The notes beneath the pieces were generated by a model, which saw only the letters and a list, made by a program, of their open reading frames with translations, did no database searches and had not been told where the DNA came from. The position numbers and the translations under genes were made by a program. A stretch of 53,321 nt of DNA from Pseudomonadales bacterium (lineage in GTDB: Bacteria > Pseudomonadota > Gammaproteobacteria > Pseudomonadales > Azotimanducaceae), in assembly GCA_020443225.1 (NCBI GenBank), contig JAGRIO010000001.1:1-53321 (forward strand), in the 5' to 3' direction. Of the stretch, positions 43,262 through 52,849 are shown piece after piece; the first letter of the stretch is position 1, and each line of letters starts with the position of its first letter.

Positions 43262-44962
43262 TCAGTCAGGTAGCAGGGATTCCCCCGAAACCTGCTGGCC
43301 AGCGACCCAGGTTGAAAGGATTCTGATGCTGGCCAGTTCCTTTGCCGGGGTGAGCAGTGGATTGCGGTCCACAATAATAAAATCAGCGTATTTTCCCGGT
43401 GCCAGACTGCCCAGTACCTGATCCTGAAATGCACTGTAGGCGCCAGCGAGGGTCATGCCGTGCAGCGCTTGCTCTACCGTCAGTGCTTCATCAGCATACC
43501 AGCCGCCTTCCGGAGTGCCGTCCAGCCGGGAGCGGTTGACGGCGAAGTACAAGGTTTGCATGGGTTCCCAGGGCTCGCCGGGTAAGTCACTGTTGATGGC
43601 GAGAACGCCGCCGGCAGCCAGTACCTTTTGCCAGGCATAGGCGTAGTGAATCCGTTCACTGCCGAGCCGGTCTTCAGCCCAGCCGCTGTCACCGACGGCA
43701 TGGCTCGATTGCATCGAAGAAATGATGCCAGCACTGGCGACCCGGTTGAAATAATCTGGCAGGACCACCTGCGCATGTTCAATGCGCCAGCGGTGATCCC
43801 GGTCCGGATAGTTCCGCATGGCCTGCTCGTAGATATTCAGGATGCGGTTGTTACCTTCATCACCAATGGCATGAACTGCCATCTGAAAGCCTTTGGCAGC
43901 GGCCTGATCGGCCAGTGCCGTTACCGCTGCCGGTGAGATGCGCTCAGTGGGGTGGGCTCTCTCAGGGTGGTCGCTGTAGGGTGCCTGCAGCATGGCTGTC
44001 CTGGAGCCCAGTGAGCCATCGTAAAAAACCTTGATACCACGGACGGCGAACATATGATCCGGTCGCTCCAGTATGCCGCGCTCGAACCAGTACGCCATCA
44101 GGTCGTTGTCGTTGCCATTCAGTAAGCCGTAGACCCGTATGGGTAGTTGCCCCTGTTCCGCCAGGTTGTTGTAAGCCGTGACATCCGCCGGGGTCATGCC
44201 TGCCTCATGAACGCTTGTGACCCCGGCCGCAGCCATGGTCTTCAAACCTGCAACGATGGCCTCCTGTAACTGTGCCTGCGTAAAAGGTGGCACCTTGTCG
44301 CTGATCAGTTTCTGGGCCAGCGTCAGCATAACGCCGGTAGGCTCGCCATTTTCGCGTTTCAGAATCTGACCAACTTCCGGATTGGGTGTTCCTGCGTCAA
44401 TGCCTGCCAGCGCCAGTGCAGCCCCGTTGGAGAAATTGGCGAACCCGTGCAGGGACTCAAGCAGAACAGGATTGTCTGGAAAAGCAGCGTCCAGGGCCGC
44501 CCGGTCAGGATAGCCCCGGGATGCAAATTCACCTTCATCCCAGCCCTGACCCAGTAACCACTGCCCGGGTTCAGGGTTGGGAAATTTAGCCTGAAGTCGC
44601 GCGACCATCTCTTCCGTGGTATGGGTCCCCACGAGGTCAGCCTTGACCGCATCGGTGCCCAGTTCCCGGACGTGGGCGTGGCTGTCAGTGATCCCTGGTA
44701 TCAGGGTTCTGCCTGCCAGATCGAGCTGCCTGGCACTGGGTGCCATTTGCAGTAATGTTTGGTAGTCACCCATCGCAATCACTTTGTCTGTACTGATCAG
44801 CAGCGCGTCGACGGCTGAACCCGGATCAGAGGCACCGATGATGGTGCCGCCATGAATCAGTAAGTGGGTGTCTGTGCCTGATGCTGAAACTGGTGAGGTC
44901 GGTTGACTGTGGCAACCTGGCAGTAGCAGCCCGATGAATAAGACGACAATAAGTGATTTCAT
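43262..44962 (-). CDS. Amidohydrolase-family (Amidohydro_3/YtcJ-like) lipoprotein
   Basis: The lipobox is MKSLIVVLFIGLLLPGC. The metal-binding motif ITDSHAH is present, with later HAIGD and His/Asp segments. Confidence 0.8.
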   Translation of the reverse strand: MKSLIVVLFIGLLLPGCHSQPTSPVSASGTDTHLLIHGGTIIGASDPGSAVDALLISTDKVIAMGDYQTLLQMAPSARQLDLAGRTLIPGITDSHAHVRELGTDAVKADLVGTHTTEEMVARLQAKFPNPEPGQWLLGQGWDEGEFASRGYPDRAALDAAFPDNPVLLESLHGFANFSNGAALALAGIDAGTPNPEVGQILKRENGEPTGVMLTLAQKLISDKVPPFTQAQLQEAIVAGLKTMAAAGVTSVHEAGMTPADVTAYNNLAEQGQLPIRVYGLLNGNDNDLMAYWFERGILERPDHMFAVRGIKVFYDGSLGSRTAMLQAPYSDHPERAHPTERISPAAVTALADQAAAKGFQMAVHAIGDEGNNRILNIYEQAMRNYPDRDHRWRIEHAQVVLPDYFNRVASAGIISSMQSSHAVGDSGWAEDRLGSERIHYAYAWQKVLAAGGVLAINSDLPGEPWEPMQTLYFAVNRSRLDGTPEGGWYADEALTVEQALHGMTLAGAYSAFQDQVLGSLAPGKYADFIIVDRNPLLTPAKELASIRILSTWVAGQQVSGESLLPD

Positions 44963-44968
44963 AGGTAG

Positions 44969-45784
44969 TTATCCGTTTCTGTTCATCAGCGTAGCCGCAG
45001 TAAATGCGCCATGTTGCATGAAGCGATCGATGGCCTCGGCCACGCCATCTGGTTCGTGAATGGCCACATCATGCCCGGCCCAGGAAAACACCTGCAGGGT
45101 TGCTTCCGGTAAGCGCCGGAAGTCGTCCAGGTTGGCATTCAACAGCCCGTCAACGGCGCCGGCCAGCATCAGCGTCGGCACCTTTATCTGCTCAATGGCG
45201 GATTCCAGGTTCAGGGAGTGCATACTTTCCGCGCCGCCGCGGATATGGGTCTCAGTGACGCGCATCAGCTGATCAACGCGATGTTCGAACCAGGCATCGG
45301 TCTGTACGTCGTCGCGGAATTTCCCGGCCAGCTGTTGCTGCATAAAGTAATCCCGGTTGCCCTCAAGGCGGGCGGCGAGGTTGCGGTCGATCTGTTCGTG
45401 ATTCACGCCGCTGGTGCCGCCACTGGGGATGGGCGCCATCAGGATCAGGCGTGTCAGACGCTCCGGGTGATGAACCCCTAACCAGTAACCCATGCCGCCA
45501 CCCATGCTATGGCCAGCGTAAGTCAGCTGCCCGATACCCAGATGGTCCATCAGGCCAATCACATCTTCTGAATACTGGGGAATATTGTAACCGTCACCTG
45601 TATCTTCGCTGTCGCCGGTTCCCCGGCATTCCATCAGGATGATCTGATAGCGGTCTTGCAGTCGTTCGGCGACAGGCATCCAGTTTTCCCTGCAGGCGGT
45701 GTAGCCGTGATGCAACAGCAAGGGCTCGCCTTTGCCCATGATCTCGTACCAGAGTCTGGCGCCATTGATATCTGCGTATGCCAT
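44969..45784 (-). CDS. Alpha/beta-fold hydrolase
   Basis: HGYTACREN (oxyanion region), the nucleophile elbow GHSMGG, and a C-terminal GHDVAIHEP (catalytic His). Confidence 0.85.
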   Translation of the reverse strand: MAYADINGARLWYEIMGKGEPLLLHHGYTACRENWMPVAERLQDRYQIILMECRGTGDSEDTGDGYNIPQYSEDVIGLMDHLGIGQLTYAGHSMGGGMGYWLGVHHPERLTRLILMAPIPSGGTSGVNHEQIDRNLAARLEGNRDYFMQQQLAGKFRDDVQTDAWFEHRVDQLMRVTETHIRGGAESMHSLNLESAIEQIKVPTLMLAGAVDGLLNANLDDFRRLPEATLQVFSWAGHDVAIHEPDGVAEAIDRFMQHGAFTAATLMNRNG

Positions 45785-45837
45785 ATTCAGGCTCCGTTAT
45801 GAATTCTGACGGCAGAGAATACCAGAGTCCCGTCGGC

Positions 45838-46317
45838 TTAACCTCTCTTGCGCCAGTTGCTGTATTTGCTGTGAACACCGCGGGTAAAACTGGTGGAATA
45901 GCCTTCCAGAATATCCACGCCATACAGAATGGCGACCACCACAACCGCCAGTTTGATGGCGATGAATTCGCCAGCGATGAGTATACAGACGCCAATGGCG
46001 GCTAAAGACCAGATGGTTGCTGCAGAGGTGACACCCACCACTACGCCCTCTTTTGAAAGCATGACACCAGCACCCAGGAAGCCAATACCGGTGACTATCT
46101 GGCCGATGATTCGTGATGGATCAGCCGCATCATTGGTGACCTGTATCGACAGGGTCATAAAGACATAGGTACCGAATACGATCAGCGAAGAGGTGCGGAT
46201 GCCGACCGGCTTGCCCCGTAGTTGTCGCTCGAGACCGATAATTGTGCCAGTCAGAATGGCAGTGCCTATAGCGCTCCAGCTCAGCGGGGCAATAGAGAAA
46301 AGTGATTCAAAGTCCAT
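45838..46317 (-). CDS. MgtC/SapB-family membrane protein
   Basis: IIGLERQLRGKPVGIRTSSLI...VTGIGFLGAGVM. At 159 aa it has the membrane domain only and lacks the C-terminal ACT-like domain of Salmonella MgtC. Confidence 0.8.
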   Translation of the reverse strand: MDFESLFSIAPLSWSAIGTAILTGTIIGLERQLRGKPVGIRTSSLIVFGTYVFMTLSIQVTNDAADPSRIIGQIVTGIGFLGAGVMLSKEGVVVGVTSAATIWSLAAIGVCILIAGEFIAIKLAVVVVAILYGVDILEGYSTSFTRGVHSKYSNWRKRG

Positions 46318-46564
46318 AGTGGCATCCCGGCAAACCCAGTCTCAGGCAAAGGCTCTGAGTATACGCCAGAATCGGAAAATTACCGGTTGAGGGTGAGAAC
46401 TATGTCATCAGCCCACAAAATGTGAGGCGCAAGTGCTATCCTCAATATCTGTGGCGCAAAGAAGTAGTCAAGTGTCTTCCGAACGCCAGAGGTGCGAGCA
46501 AGAATACTGTGCTGGCCCGGTACCTGAGTAGCCACCGCAATCACCCTGCATAACAGAGGTCGAT

Positions 46565-47413
46565 TTGAAAGCAGATTTACACTGTCACAGCTGGTATTCC
46601 GATGGCGTGTTATCGCCAGCTGAAGTGGTTCAGCTGGCGCTCGCTAACGAGGTCACTCATCTTGCTATTACTGATCATGACTGTACTGCGGGACTGTCGG
46701 CAGCCAGCGAAGAATCAGCAGCCAGCGAGCTTACCCTTATTCCCGGGGTAGAGATTTCCTGCGAGTGGCGAGGACTGGAAATCCACGTGGTTGGCCTGTT
46801 TATCAACAGCAGCAATGAGGTATTGCAGGCACTTCTGGCGAGTCAGCAGAAGATTCGCCGGGCGCGCATGGTGGCTATGAACCAGAAACTGGAAGCCATG
46901 GGGGTCAGTGGCCTGATGGCTTATCTTGATGGGCTGAACTGTGTTGCCCTGACCCGCAGTCATGTGGCGAACTTCCTGGTCCAGGCTGGGGTGTCGCCCT
47001 CCAGACCCAAAGCCTTCAAACGTTACCTGCGAAAGGAAGGGCGGTTATTTGTCGCGGTGCAGTGGTGCGCGCTGGCAGAGGCCATAGCAGCTATCAGATC
47101 GGCTGGCGGCATAGCGGTACTGGCGCATCCCGGGCGTTATCCGCTGAATCGTAAAAAGCTCACATTGCTGATTGAAGACTTTCATCAGGCCGGTGGTGAA
47201 GCGCTGGAAGCCAGCTACCCGAATATCGACCCCGAGATGGCGCGATATCTGGAAGTTCAGGCGCTGCAAACCGGACTGATGTTGTCGCTGGGCTCAGATT
47301 TTCACGATCCGGCAGCGCAATGGACTGACATCGGTAAGGTGCCGCCGCTCAGCAGAAGGGGCAGTGACCAGGCTGTCTGGCACCACCCGGTGTGGGATTA
47401 CTGCCAGACCTGA
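46565..47413 (+). CDS. PHP-domain phosphoesterase (TrpH/YciV, RNase AM-like)
   Basis: KADLHCHSWYSDGVLSPAEVV...HLAITDHDCTAG...GIAVLAHPGRY. TTG start with an AGAGG Shine-Dalgarno 5-6 nt upstream. Confidence 0.8.
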   Translation: MKADLHCHSWYSDGVLSPAEVVQLALANEVTHLAITDHDCTAGLSAASEESAASELTLIPGVEISCEWRGLEIHVVGLFINSSNEVLQALLASQQKIRRARMVAMNQKLEAMGVSGLMAYLDGLNCVALTRSHVANFLVQAGVSPSRPKAFKRYLRKEGRLFVAVQWCALAEAIAAIRSAGGIAVLAHPGRYPLNRKKLTLLIEDFHQAGGEALEASYPNIDPEMARYLEVQALQTGLMLSLGSDFHDPAAQWTDIGKVPPLSRRGSDQAVWHHPVWDYCQT

Positions 47414-47616
47414 CCCTGATTACATCCCATGGTGCTGATGGGAAATCAGCGATTTACGCAGAAATGCCTGTGCCGGGGATACGCTGACGCTATACTGCAG
47501 CATTCTGCTGGCGGTGACTGCTTCCTGAGTGATGTCATCAGGCCACTGACGAATCCACAGCCTGGCCGTGATCGTAACTTGCGACCTATGGCTAACTTAG
47601 AATCAGGTACTTTGTC

Positions 47617-48972
47617 TTGAGCAATTTTGAAGCGCTGGCGCTCCATCCACAACTATTGAAGTCCATCGAAAGCCTTGGCTTTACCGAACCGACAGAAGTA
47701 CAGGCCAGAGCTGTCCCTGTTGCTATGGAAGGTAAGGACCTACTGGTCACTGCCAAGACGGGTAGCGGCAAGACTGCCGCATTCCTGCTGCCGGTTCTGC
47801 ACAGATTACTGAACGTCGCTGCGCCCAATTCCGGCACCCGTGCACTGGTGCTGGTGCCAACCCGTGAGCTGGCGCTGCAGACCCAGAAAATGTTTCAGGC
47901 CCTGGCGCGCTTTACGCAGATTCGTTGTGGGGTGGTGATCGGCGGTGAACCCTATAAGTATCAGGTTGCTACCCTGCGCCGTAATCCCGAGGTGCTGATC
48001 GCAACGCCGGGCCGGTTGGTGGAACATCTGGAAAAGCGCTCGCTGGACTTCAACGATCTGGAAGTGCTGATCATGGATGAGGCAGATCGCATGCTGGACA
48101 TGGGTTTTGCTGATGACATGCAGAAAATCGCCGGTGCGGCGCGGACTGATCGCCAGAACCTGTTGTTCTCGGCCACCCTTAAACACAAAGGGATGAACCA
48201 GATTCTGGGAATTCTGGAGACACCGGTATCCCTGCAGATCGACGATTTCCAGCAGGACCACAGCAATATCCATCAGCAGATAGTGCTGGCCGATGATATG
48301 GCGCATAAGTACCGACTGGTCAGTGGTCTTATTGCGGAAGAGCAGGTTCAGAAGAGTATCGTTTTTTGCCGCACCCGCGTTCAGTGTGAGGAAGTGGGTA
48401 AGAACCTGGCCAGGGGTGAGCTCAGGGTGGGGTTTATTCATGGTGAGATTCCTCAGAGCGAACGCAAACAGGTACTGAACCGGTTTCGCGATAACAAACT
48501 ACAGGTACTGGTGGCGACTGACGTTGCGGCACGCGGGCTTGATATCGCGGATGTTGACCTGGTAATCAACTTTACAGTGGCGCACTCTGGCGACGAGCAT
48601 GTGCACCGGGTTGGCAGAACCGGCCGGGCGGGGAAAACCGGCAAGGCAGTCACGCTGGTGGATTCATTCGAATGGAACAAGATGACCAGCATCGAGCGCT
48701 ATCTGAAAATCCGGTTTGAGCACCGGGTGGTCGCCGGCATGAAGGCTGCTTATCAGGGACCGAAGCAACTTAAAAAATCTGGCAAGGCGGTGGGCAAGAA
48801 AGTTAAACCTGCGCAGCGTGACCAGAAACGTGGGCAGGCTAAAAAGCGGGTGAATAAGGATAAGGGCAAACGCACGACGACTGCGCCTGCGAAGAAATTT
48901 GGTCAGGTGCAGGATCAGCGTTTTGGGGCCATGAAGCGCCGACCGGGTTCCGAAGACGACGCTGCCGAATAG
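47617..48972 (+). CDS. DEAD-box ATP-dependent RNA helicase, SrmB-like, with a basic Lys-rich C-terminal tail
   Basis: Q-motif FTEPTEVQ, AKTGSGKT, PTRELA, MDEADRMLDMGF, SAT, VATDVAARGLDI and HRVGRTGRAG. The tail reads KKSGKAVGKKVKPAQRDQKRGQAKKRVNKDKGKR. The TTG at 47617 is the only start upstream of the Q-motif; an in-frame TAA lies at 47593. Confidence 0.9.
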   Translation: MSNFEALALHPQLLKSIESLGFTEPTEVQARAVPVAMEGKDLLVTAKTGSGKTAAFLLPVLHRLLNVAAPNSGTRALVLVPTRELALQTQKMFQALARFTQIRCGVVIGGEPYKYQVATLRRNPEVLIATPGRLVEHLEKRSLDFNDLEVLIMDEADRMLDMGFADDMQKIAGAARTDRQNLLFSATLKHKGMNQILGILETPVSLQIDDFQQDHSNIHQQIVLADDMAHKYRLVSGLIAEEQVQKSIVFCRTRVQCEEVGKNLARGELRVGFIHGEIPQSERKQVLNRFRDNKLQVLVATDVAARGLDIADVDLVINFTVAHSGDEHVHRVGRTGRAGKTGKAVTLVDSFEWNKMTSIERYLKIRFEHRVVAGMKAAYQGPKQLKKSGKAVGKKVKPAQRDQKRGQAKKRVNKDKGKRTTTAPAKKFGQVQDQRFGAMKRRPGSEDDAAE

Positions 48973-48983
48973 CAGGGGGATGT

Positions 48984-50396
48984 TTAGTCCGGGTCACGTG
49001 CCGCCGTCGCCTGCTCTTCTTTCACCTTCAGTAACATCACCGAACCGATAATCATCAGAATGGCGAGCGAACCAAAGCCAACTCGTTGGGAATCAAACAT
49101 AGTTGTCGTTGTCGCCACCAGCAGAGGGGCAAGGAAGGCTGTGACAGTGCCCGACAGAGCGAACAACCCGAAGAACTGAGTGGTCATTTCCGGTGGTGAG
49201 ATTCTGGCCATCAATGTACGGGAAGAGGACAACCCGGTAACGAAGAACATGGCGAATATCTGGTTGGTACAAAAATAGAAGATCTCAGGAATTGTCGAGA
49301 AATAGGGGAAACTCCAGACAGGTTCAGTGCTGACGCTGATCACATACAGCACCGTATCCGGCTGGATCGAAACCAGCACCAGCAGCACGATGGAGCTCAT
49401 GGTGATGGAAATTTTCAGCGCACTGATCGAGCCCAGGCGATCGTCAATGATACCGCCGGCCCAGGCCCCCAGCATCGCCGAACCGCTGGTGCAGAGTCCG
49501 AAGATCAGCAGTGTAGTGGTATCCCAGCCAAAGGTCCCGGAAGCGTAGACGCCACCAAAAGTCATGACCCCTACCATGCCGTCAATAAAGAACATACGCG
49601 ACAGCAGATAGATGGCGATGTTCGAATAGTGCGGCAATTGCTTCACTGTCCTGACTACATCCCGGATTCCCTGACGGGCCGCGCTGATCACAGAGCCGCC
49701 AGAGGACTTGCCGTCTGGTGTGAATAACAGTACCGGCAGGGTAAACAAAAACATCCATACGCCAGCGATGGGGCCGACAATCCGGTCGTGCTCATGAGCG
49801 GACTGATCTATGCCAAACAGTGGCGCCTCTGGCAGGAACGACCAGGGCTGGCTGCCAGGCATTGAGAAGGCGAACAGTACAAACAGCATCAGCGACAAAC
49901 CACCCACATTCCCCAGCGCAAAGGCGACTCCGGAGATAGAGCCGATTTTGCTGATAGGGGCAACCGCCGGTAGCATGGCATTGTGGAACACTTCAGAAAT
50001 GGCAAACGCCACACTGATTACCAGTAACAGAAACAGGCCCTGGTAAATCCCCAGACCTGCGCCGCCCGGCAATATGTACCAGAGCAGTACGGCGCCGATC
50101 GACATGATGACCACGGTGCTGGCTACCCAGGGCTTCCGACGTCCGTTTTTATCTGCAATGGCACCGAGAAATGGTGCCGTGAGTGCCAGAATCACTCCCA
50201 CAGTGGCATTCAGGTAACCAATCAGTGACTGACCACGAACCGGATCACCTACCACGCTGTTGCTGAAGTAAGGAAAGAATATATAGATCACCACCATGAT
50301 GTAGTAGGGATCACGGGCCATTTGCCCAAAGGTCCAGCTGTAGTACCCAAGGGGCGAAGCTGCCGGTGTGCCGGCCAGTGAGCGTTCAATGGTCAT
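48984..50396 (-). CDS. MFS transporter (UMF1/Atg22-like subgroup)
   Basis: It has about 12 TM helices. An AAGGA Shine-Dalgarno lies 9 nt before the ATG at 50396 (the ORF opens at 50441). The subgroup assignment is tentative. Confidence 0.75.
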   Translation of the reverse strand: MTIERSLAGTPAASPLGYYSWTFGQMARDPYYIMVVIYIFFPYFSNSVVGDPVRGQSLIGYLNATVGVILALTAPFLGAIADKNGRRKPWVASTVVIMSIGAVLLWYILPGGAGLGIYQGLFLLLVISVAFAISEVFHNAMLPAVAPISKIGSISGVAFALGNVGGLSLMLFVLFAFSMPGSQPWSFLPEAPLFGIDQSAHEHDRIVGPIAGVWMFLFTLPVLLFTPDGKSSGGSVISAARQGIRDVVRTVKQLPHYSNIAIYLLSRMFFIDGMVGVMTFGGVYASGTFGWDTTTLLIFGLCTSGSAMLGAWAGGIIDDRLGSISALKISITMSSIVLLVLVSIQPDTVLYVISVSTEPVWSFPYFSTIPEIFYFCTNQIFAMFFVTGLSSSRTLMARISPPEMTTQFFGLFALSGTVTAFLAPLLVATTTTMFDSQRVGFGSLAILMIIGSVMLLKVKEEQATAARDPD

Positions 50397-50552
50397 GGTG
50401 ATTATCCTTGTTATCAGCGCCCGATCATATCTGTCCGGCACACCGAATCCAATTGTGAGCCAGACATTGATTTCAGTGCTTCACAGATGCGGTGATCAGC
50501 CTGCGGGTAATATCTGCTAGTATCGCTTCACTTCCTGAAGCTAACAGAGGAC

Positions 50553-51560
50553 ATGATCGTGCAATCAAAAGCTGTGTATCTGAAATCCCGCCCGGCGGGT
50601 AAACCCGTCGCCGCCAACTTTGAACTGGTGGACGTCGAAGTCGGAGAACCGGGCGAAGGCCAGATTCTGGTGGAAAATATTTATATGTCCGTTGACCCCT
50701 ATATGCGCGGGCGTATGCGGGAAGCCTGGGGGCCAGGTGATTCATTAATGGGTGGTGCCATCGGGCGGGTCATCAGCTCCGGCGCCAGTGGGATTAAGGA
50801 AGGCGACTTTGTCAGTCATGGCATGGGCTGGCGTCAGCATGTGGTGGTTGATGCGGCAACGGCGGGTGTCGTGGACCCGGCGCTTGCGCCCCTGTCGTCC
50901 TATCTTGGTGTCATGGGTATGCCAGGGCTGACCGCCTACGGTGGTCTGCTCGTAACAGGTGAATACAAAGACGGCGAATCGGTGTTTGTCTCAGCGGCCT
51001 CCGGGGCCGTTGGCAGTGTGGTGGGTCAGATCGCCAGAATCAAAGGCAGCCGCGAAGTCATTGGCAGCGCTGGCAGTGATGCCAAAGTCGCGATGCTGAC
51101 GGAAGAGTTTGGTTTCAGCCATGGCTTTAACTACAAGACCAGCGATCCGCTGGAGGAATTGCGCAAAGGTGCTCCCAAAGGTATCGATATCTATTTTGAA
51201 AACGTCGGTGGCCCACAGCTGGAAGCAGCGCTGACTCACATGCGGCCCTATGGTCGTATTCCGATTTGCGGAATGATCGCCCACTACAATGATGGTGACA
51301 GCATGACCCCCGGGCCACGTAACCTGACAGAGACCATTTATAAATTTGTCACGCTGCGGGGCTTTGTGGTTTCTGCGTTCGCGGAACACGAGGGACAGTT
51401 CCGTCAGGATATGGGTGGCTGGATCAGATCAGGCGACCTCAAATATCATGAGACCATATCTGAAGGCATCGAGAATGCACCGACTGCATTTATGGGGCTC
51501 TTTGAAGGCGCTAACGAGGGCAAGATGCTGGTGCGGCTGGCGGCAGACCCCACTCTGTAG
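50553..51560 (+). CDS. NADP-dependent oxidoreductase, MDR family (YncB/CurA / alkenal reductase-like)
   Basis: GMPGLTAYGGLL and VSAASGAVGSVVGQIARIKG (AxxGxxG), with a C-terminal NAPTAFMGLFEGANEGKMLV typical of the LTB4DH/PTGR subgroup. Confidence 0.85.
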   Translation: MIVQSKAVYLKSRPAGKPVAANFELVDVEVGEPGEGQILVENIYMSVDPYMRGRMREAWGPGDSLMGGAIGRVISSGASGIKEGDFVSHGMGWRQHVVVDAATAGVVDPALAPLSSYLGVMGMPGLTAYGGLLVTGEYKDGESVFVSAASGAVGSVVGQIARIKGSREVIGSAGSDAKVAMLTEEFGFSHGFNYKTSDPLEELRKGAPKGIDIYFENVGGPQLEAALTHMRPYGRIPICGMIAHYNDGDSMTPGPRNLTETIYKFVTLRGFVVSAFAEHEGQFRQDMGGWIRSGDLKYHETISEGIENAPTAFMGLFEGANEGKMLVRLAADPTL

Positions 51561-51721
51561 CCTTTGTCTGACTGGTCAGGGAGGTGAATGGTTCATGGCC
51601 CTACTCTGGCCAGTCTGGTGATATAAGTAACGGTGAACCCGGCAGTGGCGTGTCAAAGCGATACGCCACCCTTGCCCGGATGTGTGTCAGGCGCTACCCC
51701 GTCATTCCGGGAGATTTGCAA

Positions 51722-52330
51722 ATGGATGTATTTCAACTGCTGGATTACGCAGGCGTGGCAGTGTTTGCTGCCACCGGGGCACTGGCTGCCTCTCGTAAGC
51801 GGCTGGATGTCATCGGTTTTCTGTTTCTGGCGAGTATGACCGGCATTGGCGGCGGCACCTTGCGGGACCTGATTCTGGGCCTGACACCCGTATTCTGGGT
51901 AAAAGACCCGGTGATTCTGCTGGTCTGTGCCGCTACTGCGCTGGTCATGTATTTTGCAGCGCAATGGGTGGAGCATCGTTTTACCCTGCTGTTGTGGCTC
52001 GATGCGGCCGGGTTAGCTGCCTATGCAGTGCTTGGTGCCCAGATAGGCCTGGCGGCCGGGGTGGAAAACATTATCGCCATCGTGACTGGCGTCATGACGG
52101 CTACCTTTGGCGGCATCATAAGGGACGTTGTCAGTCATGAGCCAACCGTCCTGCTGCGGCAGGAGATTTACATTACTGCCGCGCTGTCCGGTGCAACAAT
52201 TCATGTCACTCTGAGCTATTTTGATGTGCCTGCAGCGATCAGTGCGGCAATTGCGGTGACCTTTGCCTTCGCTCTCAGAGGCGGTGCCATGATGTTTTGC
52301 TGGACCCTGCCAGCTTACCGCAGAGATTAG
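51722..52330 (+). CDS. UPF0126 / trimeric intracellular cation channel (TRIC, YadS/YicG-like) family membrane protein
   Basis: MDVFQLLDYAGVAVFAATGALAA...GIGGGTLRDLILG..PVFWVKDP, plus a second repeat TATFGGIIRDVV. It aligns well by eye to E. coli YadS. GGAGA Shine-Dalgarno. Confidence 0.85.
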   Translation: MDVFQLLDYAGVAVFAATGALAASRKRLDVIGFLFLASMTGIGGGTLRDLILGLTPVFWVKDPVILLVCAATALVMYFAAQWVEHRFTLLLWLDAAGLAAYAVLGAQIGLAAGVENIIAIVTGVMTATFGGIIRDVVSHEPTVLLRQEIYITAALSGATIHVTLSYFDVPAAISAAIAVTFAFALRGGAMMFCWTLPAYRRD

Positions 52331-52363
52331 CCAGTCGGTCTCGCCTGGCTTGTTTGCTGTGGG

Positions 52364-52606
52364 TCAGCTCAGACCTGGCTCAGTCGTGAGAATCGTCATC
52401 AGGGAATGTACATGTTCTGCCGCCGATACACCCAGCGGCGTGAGATAACCACCGTCAACCAGAGTCGTTAGCTGCTTGTCGAACAGTCGCTGTGCCGCTG
52501 CGATTCGTGCAGGGTCTGCTTCGTGGTGCACCTTGATACCCTCTTGCAGGTTGTCAGGGTTGAACAGCGTGAGCAGTTTTATTTCTTCAAACAGGTTGTT
52601 GTCCAT
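52364..52606 (-). CDS. TIGR02647-like small conserved hypothetical protein (80 aa)
   Basis: MDNNLFEEIKLLTLFNPDNLQEGIKVHHEADPARIAAAQRLFDKQLTTLVDGGYLTPLGVSAAEHV resembles the Pseudomonas TIGR02647 pattern from memory. GGAG lies 8 nt before the ATG at 52606; the ORF opens at 52690. Confidence 0.5.
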   Translation of the reverse strand: MDNNLFEEIKLLTLFNPDNLQEGIKVHHEADPARIAAAQRLFDKQLTTLVDGGYLTPLGVSAAEHVHSLMTILTTEPGLS

Positions 52607-52849
52607 CAGCAGGCTCCGCGTCTTGTAGTCTGACAAATATAGGGTGAATTTCTGCTCCAAGGCTAACACAATCAACGACGCCGTCATCATGGATTCGTGC
52701 GGCTGATGTCAAACTCTCTGCAAGGGGTTTGCATGGTCGCCAAATTAATCAAGATGGCTTATGCGAGGGAAGACTCAGCAGCCTGTTGTCGGGGTACAAT
52801 AATTTTCTTTACCACACAGTCACCATTATTCACCTACCGGAGCATGGTA

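Noticed and set aside
46318-46564. Is there a Mg2+ riboswitch or leader upstream of the MgtC-like gene in the 247-bp gap shared with the PHP gene?
   Set aside because: I could not recognise M-box features or a proline- or Mg-sensing leader peptide by eye. The only pattern is a loose GGCGCAA repeat. An Rfam scan is needed, so no claim is made.
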